From NCBI GenBank assembly GCA_041302875.1, contig JBFYQI010000002.1:1-45722 (forward strand): DNA of 45,722 nucleotides. The letters run 5' to 3'. Positions 40,785-45,722 of the stretch are shown here, piece by piece. Position numbers and translations under genes: made by a program. This DNA is from Ignavibacteria bacterium (GTDB lineage: Bacteria > Bacteroidota > Ignavibacteria > UBA10030). The notes beneath the pieces were generated by a model. It saw only the letters and a program-made list of their open reading frames with translations. It was not told where the DNA came from and did not search any database. Every line of letters starts with the position of its first letter. Position 1 is the first letter of the stretch.

Positions 40785-42422
40785 TTACTTCCACCCCCGC
40801 ACGATCTCCCCAAAGCACTCCAAGCCGCTGGGGATGACCGCTCCATATCCATGCCCCGGCCGCGACCATGCCCCAACGAGAAAGAGATTCTTGATCGGCG
40901 TCGAGTGGCCAACACGGGCGTTCCCCGAATTGTTCACAGTCTGGTCCCACCCGTAGATCGCTCCGCGGTAATGACTTGTGTAACGAAGATTGGTCAACGG
41001 GGTGCCTATCTCCTTCACTTCGATCGCCTTCGAGAGCCCAGGCAAGAGCTTCTCTTCGACACGACGGATCAACGCATCTGCCATTCGTTTCTTTTCTTTG
41101 TTGTACTCCTCTTTGTTGCCTGCGAGATATTCCTTCTCGAATCGTTCCCACGGTTCGTATCCCTGAAGCGCGAGAATGTTGATCGTGTTCTTTCCTTCCG
41201 GCGAATACCGTGAATCGACATTGTCATACAACGATAGACCGATCCCGCAGTGCTCGACATCTGCTTTGAGCAATGCCTCATACGCTTCATCCGAGTCGTA
41301 TGTGGATTCGATGAAGATCTCTGAGTCCATGACTCCCGATCGTTTCACAACATCCTGCTTCAAGCCGAGAAACACTTGAAAGCAGGACAGACTGACGCTG
41401 AACTGCTTCCAGCGTTCTTCGTATTCCGCGGTCAGTTTCTTCTCGGACAGCATGGTGCGGAACGTGTCATAGGGATTCGCGTTCGATACGATGGCGCGTC
41501 CGAGGATTTGCTTCCCGTCCGTCGTCACAACGCCGATCGCGGCACCATCCTTGACGAGGATCTTGCTCACCGCGGTGTTCAACAGAAGCGTCCCGCCATG
41601 GGCCGTGATGAATCGCACAAACGCATTGCTGATATCCTGCGAACGTCCCCTCGGATAGAAGCCCCCTTGCGTCAGATATCCCATGAACGGGAGCGCATAG
41701 TAGAAGCAGGAGAGTTTCGATGGGGGGAGTCCATAGTATCCCCATTGTGACGAGAGAATCGCCCCGAGTTTCGGATCCTTGATCCGTCCTCGGAGCATGT
41801 CTCCCCACGTCTTGTTGTGGAACTGCGCGAGAAGCGGAAACTCCTGTGCGAATCGGCTCATGTCGACGTTGCCCCGCGCCGCACTGAGGCGTTGGATGTC
41901 GCCCGCGAGCCCGCCCATATCGGAGAACAATCCGGAGATCCCCTCGCGTTCTTCCGGAAAGAGCGCGATGATAGATTTGATGAAGCCCGGCAGGTCACGC
42001 TGACCCACACGAACATCGTGTTCTGGATAGATCGCGCGAAACAGCGAGGGATGAAGCAGGAATTCCGGCTCGGTGATCTCCGGGAATCCTTGGATGAGGT
42101 TGTAGACTCCGTTCCGTTCCCCGACCGAAGTCGAATGCAAAGACACGTCGAACCGAAAACCGCCTGGCCGGTTGAAGGCCGTCGCATATCCGCCCGGCTT
42201 GTCGTGTTGCTCGATCACCAGCGGCTTGAATCCCTGTCGCGCGAACGCAGCGGCACACGAAAGTCCGCCAAGTCCGGAACCGATGATGATTGCATCATAC
42301 TCGTTATCGCCCAAGAACGACATGGGTCCGACGGGGAATGAATCCCAGTCGATCGCTACGGCGGAGAACGATGCTGCAAGCATCCGGAGAAAATCGCGAC
42401 GCGGCAATTCATGGATGTCCAT
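40785..42422 (-). CDS. FAD-dependent oxidoreductase of the phytoene-desaturase (CrtI)/amine-oxidase superfamily with twin-arginine signal
   Basis: Trimmed to ATG at 42422 (AAGGAG 6 nt upstream): MDIHELPRRDFLRMLAASFSAVA, an RR Tat motif. Dinucleotide fold YDAIIIGSGLGGLSCAAAFARQGFKPLVIEQHDKPGGY. C-terminal FAD motif NLFLVGAWSRPGHG. Confidence 0.8.
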   Translation of the reverse strand: MDIHELPRRDFLRMLAASFSAVAIDWDSFPVGPMSFLGDNEYDAIIIGSGLGGLSCAAAFARQGFKPLVIEQHDKPGGYATAFNRPGGFRFDVSLHSTSVGERNGVYNLIQGFPEITEPEFLLHPSLFRAIYPEHDVRVGQRDLPGFIKSIIALFPEEREGISGLFSDMGGLAGDIQRLSAARGNVDMSRFAQEFPLLAQFHNKTWGDMLRGRIKDPKLGAILSSQWGYYGLPPSKLSCFYYALPFMGYLTQGGFYPRGRSQDISNAFVRFITAHGGTLLLNTAVSKILVKDGAAIGVVTTDGKQILGRAIVSNANPYDTFRTMLSEKKLTAEYEERWKQFSVSLSCFQVFLGLKQDVVKRSGVMDSEIFIESTYDSDEAYEALLKADVEHCGIGLSLYDNVDSRYSPEGKNTINILALQGYEPWERFEKEYLAGNKEEYNKEKKRMADALIRRVEEKLLPGLSKAIEVKEIGTPLTNLRYTSHYRGAIYGWDQTVNNSGNARVGHSTPIKNLFLVGAWSRPGHGYGAVIPSGLECFGEIVRGWK

Positions 42423-42665
42423 TGAAGGCTCCTTGGTTGAGGGAATCCGAGCGGATGGTGAGAAAACTGAAGATAAGACGGGAAGCGACCGCCCCGACCA
42501 TATCGACCTCCTTCGGCCTGAATCGGGACAACGGGATGCGAAGCTATCGAACAACGTGGCTAGGTGGGAAAAGCGACGCTCCTAAACTACGAGGGAGGGG
42601 GTTCAAAGTCAACGGGAAAAATTGGAGGCATTGGAGGCCAACTCATCATCCCATTGCTCCAGAAA

Positions 42666-42695
42666 CACTCCCGGCTTCTTAACCTGCCGGGAGTG
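42666..42695. repeat. hairpin repeat copy B (CACTCCCGGC-ttcttaacct-GCCGGGAGTG)
   Basis: 10-bp perfect stem with a 10-nt loop, 31 nt downstream of the 42727 gene end on the minus strand. It is followed by TTTCTGG on the minus strand. Confidence 0.8.
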
Positions 42696-42726
42696 TGACC
42701 AGGCGATCCTGAGATGGAGTATCGGC

Positions 42727-43095
42727 TCAGTTCCTCGGCCGCATGCCGCCTCGTGCCGGTCGGTTCTTGATCATCTCCTCGTACTTCTTCTTCTGCGCAT
42801 CGGTCAAGAAGGCCTTGATCTTGTCGTCTGCCTTCTTCGCGATCTCGGTCATCGTGGCACGCATGGCTTCCCGGTCTCCTGCAGCGTCCTGGAACGCCTC
42901 CCCGATCGCTTTCTGCGATTCCTTGAACACCGCGACGGCCTTCGCGGTCTGGACACTGTCCAACGCGAGTGAGTCTTTCAACGCCTTCGCCCGCTCTTCC
43001 GGGGAAATGCGCATCATCTGCGCGTTGGACGACGCGATTGATCCAAGCACTATCATCGCGACGGCGATAATTCCGACAACAGTTCTGCGACCCAT
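42727..43095 (-). CDS. periplasmic Spy/CpxP-like (LTXXQ-motif) protein
   Basis: Trimmed to ATG at 43095 (AAGGAG upstream). Signal peptide MGRRTVVGIIAVAMIVLGSIASSNAQ. It is helical and Lys/Ala-rich, with LTDAQKKKYEEM (LTXXQ). Confidence 0.6.
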   Translation of the reverse strand: MGRRTVVGIIAVAMIVLGSIASSNAQMMRISPEERAKALKDSLALDSVQTAKAVAVFKESQKAIGEAFQDAAGDREAMRATMTEIAKKADDKIKAFLTDAQKKKYEEMIKNRPARGGMRPRN

Positions 43096-43199
43096 GGGCA
43101 CTCCTTTTATTATGGTGCAATCTGCGATCTTGTACAACATGAGTTCGACGTATGAGAACGGAAGAAGTTTTACGTGTACACTGACTTTCCATAAGAAAG

Positions 43200-43227
43200 G
43201 GAGGCCTGACCTATTGATCGGACCTCC
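43200..43227 (-). terminator. candidate rho-independent terminator after the mutarotase-like gene
   Basis: The minus strand reads GGAGGTCC-gatcaataggtca-GGCCTCC followed by CTTTCTTATGG. It starts 43 nt after the stop at 43270. Confidence 0.4.
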
Positions 43228-43269
43228 TTGTCATTCGCGTATTTTACTTGCGGACACCTCGTCGCACGA

Positions 43270-44133
43270 TCAATTGATCGAGATGGCCGCCGTCAGCTCT
43301 GCACTCTTGTTCGGCTCAAGATGGATCATGTCATCGTACGCATTGACCGCTTCGACGCACACCATCGTCTTATAGCCTTCGTCCGGCATGTCGGGAAGGC
43401 TTTTCGCCGTTGCTTCCCACGGATTCCACACGACTGTCACCCGGCTCCCTTCTTTCCCCACACGAATTGAACGCGATGCCGCACTGTCGTCGATGATGCA
43501 TTCCGCCGTCGTTCCGAGATAGCGGCGGTTCTCTTCCTTCTGAATGCGCAGAACAGCCTCCGTCTGTTCCGTCAATGCTTGTGCGTTCGGACCGTCGTAG
43601 AACTTGCACCCCTGCAATCCATGGATTCCGACATCCGCAATATTCTGCACGGCGACATACGAATGCAGGGCTCCGCCGTAGCTGAACGGAGTTGTGCCGA
43701 CGTTCGTGCATCGGAATGTCACGGTGAGCGTCTTCCCTACCACAATGATCATCTCTGCACGAAACGCGTGCGGCCACAGCGCCATCGTCTCGGGATTCTC
43801 TCTCAGGGCCAGATGCAATCGCACCTCATCGTCAGATGCGACCGACACGCTTTCGACCTTCCACATCTGCAAACGCGCGAATCCGTGCATCGGCTTCTTC
43901 GGGTCGTCTGCATGCGGGCCGAACCAAGGGAAGCAAACCGGGATCCCGCCGCGAATCGGCTTCCCCACCTCGAAGAGGCTCTCCGAACTCATCCAGAGGA
44001 GATCGTTTCGACCGGTCGGTTGATACCGAAGGACGTGCGCCCCATACAAGGAAACCTCTGCGGTTGCATGGGGTGACGTGATCACTGCAACCGGAATGCC
44101 GCCTTTGCCATGTACGAACTGAACACCAGTCAT
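43270..44133 (-). CDS. aldose 1-epimerase family protein, D-hexose-6-phosphate mutarotase (YeaD)-like
   Basis: Motifs PIRGGIPVCFPWFGPH and PMHGFARL, plus an overall 287-aa beta-sandwich-type sequence, are typical of YeaD-like mutarotases. Confidence 0.75.
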   Translation of the reverse strand: MTGVQFVHGKGGIPVAVITSPHATAEVSLYGAHVLRYQPTGRNDLLWMSSESLFEVGKPIRGGIPVCFPWFGPHADDPKKPMHGFARLQMWKVESVSVASDDEVRLHLALRENPETMALWPHAFRAEMIIVVGKTLTVTFRCTNVGTTPFSYGGALHSYVAVQNIADVGIHGLQGCKFYDGPNAQALTEQTEAVLRIQKEENRRYLGTTAECIIDDSAASRSIRVGKEGSRVTVVWNPWEATAKSLPDMPDEGYKTMVCVEAVNAYDDMIHLEPNKSAELTAAISIN

Positions 44134-44137
44134 CGCC

Positions 44138-45722
44138 TCACTCCAATCCCCGACGTTTCAACAACGGTTCGATCGACGGCTTCCTCCCGCGGAATCGCTC
44201 GTATTGCTTCATCGCATCATCCGCCGTTCCGCGTGCGAGAACATATTCCCGGAACGCGCTCGCGGTCTTCTGGTCGAACAGTCCGTTCTCCTTGAACGCT
44301 TCGAATGCATCTGCATCGAGCACTTCCGCCCACACATAATAGTAGTAGCCCGCCGAATATCCGCCGCTGAAGATATGCTGGAAATAGGTCGTCCGGTATC
44401 GGGAGGCGATCTCGGGAATGAGCCCGATACGATTCAGCGACGCCGTCTCGAACGCGTTCGCGTCGACCGGCTTCGCTGATGTCAAGGAATGCCAATCCAT
44501 ATCCAGGTAGCAGGCTGCCAAATACTCGACCGTCGCGAATCCCTGATTGAATTTGCTGCTCTTGACGATCTTGTCAATGAGGCTCTGCGGGATGACCTCG
44601 CCTGTATTGTAGTGTCGCGCATACGAGCGGAGCATCTCCGGCTCAAAGGCCCAGTTCTCCATGATCTGCGACGGCAATTCGACGAAGTCCCCCGGAAGCG
44701 AAAGACCCCGGTATGCTGTGCGTTCGAACAGATTGTCCAGGGCGTGGCCGAATTCGTGGAACAACGTAGCGACCTCGTCCTGACTCAACAGCGAAGGGAG
44801 GTCGGCCGTGGGACGCGAGAAGTTCCCCACGTTGTACACCAGCGGCGTGATCAACGCGCCGTCCTTCCAGCTCTGTCTGCGGAAGCTGCCACACCAGGCA
44901 CCGGAGCGTTTTCCGCCGCGCGGGTAGTAGTCCGTGTAGAGAATGCCGATGTGGGTCCCGTCCTTCTCCTTCACTTCGAACACCTCCACCTCGTCATTGT
45001 AGACAGCGATGTCGGTTCGCTTCACGAACTGAATGCCATAGAGTTGCGATGCAAGATCGAACACTCCTTTTCGGACATTCTCCATCAGGAAATACGGGCG
45101 GAGTTCGTTCTCGTCCAGATCATATTTCGCCTTTCGCACGCGTTCGGCATAATACCACCAGTCCCACGCCTGCAACGTGAAGTTCCCACCCTCCTGCTTA
45201 ATGAGCGCCTGCATCTCGTCGCGCTCCTTCTTCGCATTCGCGAGCGCGGGCTTCCATAATTTGTCGAGAAAGTCATAGACGGCCTGTGGTGTCTTGGCCA
45301 TGTTCCGTTCCAGCGAGTAGTCGGCGAACGTCTTGTAGCCAAGGAGGTTCGCACGCTCCACACGGAGGGCGGCGATCTGTGCTGCGATCGACTTGGTGTC
45401 GAACTCGTTGTTATTGTCTCCGCGCTTCACGTACGCCGTGTACAGTTTCTCACGCAAGGCGCGATTAGACGCATACTGCAGGAACGGGACGATGCTCGGC
45501 GTCTTGGTCGTGAACACCCAGGTCCCCGGTTTCTTCGCCTGCACGGCGGTTTCGCCGGCCGCATCGATCACAGACTGCGGGAGGCCGGCGAGGTCCTCTT
45601 TCTTGTCGATGACGAGGAGGAAACCGTTCGTTTCCTTGAGCACATTGTCGGCGTATTTCAGCGAGAGAACCGAGAGATCTTCATTGACCTTCCGGAATCG
45701 CTCCTTCTTGACGGGGGCGAGA
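44138..45722 (-). CDS. dcp: M3-family peptidyl-dipeptidase (Dcp/oligopeptidase A-like), C-terminal ~528 aa; N-terminus lies beyond the right edge
   Basis: HEFGHAL zinc motif with downstream ELPSQIMENW, and typical M3 length and composition. The track start at 45643 is an internal GTG. The frame stays open to the window end (...LAPVKKERFRKVNEDLSVLSLKYADNVLKETNGF). Confidence 0.9.
   Translation of the reverse strand, partial: LAPVKKERFRKVNEDLSVLSLKYADNVLKETNGFLLVIDKKEDLAGLPQSVIDAAGETAVQAKKPGTWVFTTKTPSIVPFLQYASNRALREKLYTAYVKRGDNNNEFDTKSIAAQIAALRVERANLLGYKTFADYSLERNMAKTPQAVYDFLDKLWKPALANAKKERDEMQALIKQEGGNFTLQAWDWWYYAERVRKAKYDLDENELRPYFLMENVRKGVFDLASQLYGIQFVKRTDIAVYNDEVEVFEVKEKDGTHIGILYTDYYPRGGKRSGAWCGSFRRQSWKDGALITPLVYNVGNFSRPTADLPSLLSQDEVATLFHEFGHALDNLFERTAYRGLSLPGDFVELPSQIMENWAFEPEMLRSYARHYNTGEVIPQSLIDKIVKSSKFNQGFATVEYLAACYLDMDWHSLTSAKPVDANAFETASLNRIGLIPEIASRYRTTYFQHIFSGGYSAGYYYYVWAEVLDADAFEAFKENGLFDQKTASAFREYVLARGTADDAMKQYERFRGRKPSIEPLLKRRGLE

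Noticed and set aside
40081-40915. Minus-strand ORFs 40081..40602, 40401..40673 and 40610..40915
   Set aside because: They are antisense to, or overlap, the C39-like peptidase gene, the small helical ORF and hairpin copy C. They have no SD or motif and an Arg-rich composition.
42409-42501. 30-aa upstream ORF (MVGAVASRLIFSFLTIRSDSLNQGAFNGHP) with an AAGGAGGT SD, overlapping the start of the Tat-signal oxidoreductase
   Set aside because: The SD is strong, but the peptide has no recognisable features. I cannot tell a real leader peptide from chance without conservation or translation data, so I do not call it as a feature.

Overview
GC-rich bacterial chromosomal window, 45.7 kb. It probably comes from an FCB-group organism (Ignavibacteriota/Bacteroidota-like). 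This is judged from several proteins ending in T9SS C-terminal sorting domains, a PorV/PorQ-like barrel and a CarboxypepD_reg-type TonB receptor. I saw no rRNA, tRNA, CRISPR array, transposase or integrase. Most genes are on the minus strand and tightly packed.

Main blocks:
(1) 1-10.8 kb: an 11-gene minus-strand operon of exported glutamate-directed enzyme families. It holds GGT, an AstE/AspA-type deacylase, two FGase-family paralogs and a MurI-like racemase. It also holds a T9SS-tailed protein, an OM barrel, a propeller lipoprotein and a DctM-like permease. A sigma-54-type promoter match precedes it, and a divergent histidine kinase plus NtrC-type sigma-54 activator pair sits next to it.
(2) 14-22 kb: a TonB-receptor / T9SS-cargo / PorV-like operon.
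(3) 22-32 kb: an operon for a 1584-aa secreted giant protein, an FN3-repeat protein, an OM barrel and a GNAT.
(4) 32-34.8 kb: an amidohydrolase remnant, an MscS channel and a lipoprotein gene bracketed by two arrays of a 12-nt tandem repeat.
(5) 34.8-40.7 kb: the most interesting part. It contains an ArsM-like methyltransferase, a 31-aa Cys-containing ORF with a strong SD that is absent from the ORF track, a radical SAM/SPASM maturase and a thioredoxin-TrxR fusion. Next to these are a Ddl-like ATP-grasp ligase and a stand-alone C39-like cysteine peptidase.
(6) 40.8-45.7 kb: a Tat-signal CrtI-like oxidoreductase, a Spy/CpxP-like protein, a hexose-6-P mutarotase-like protein and a partial Dcp peptidase.

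Three copies of a ~28-nt GC-rich hairpin repeat delimit transcription units between 38.3 and 42.7 kb. All functional calls come from motif recognition by eye. No database search was run.
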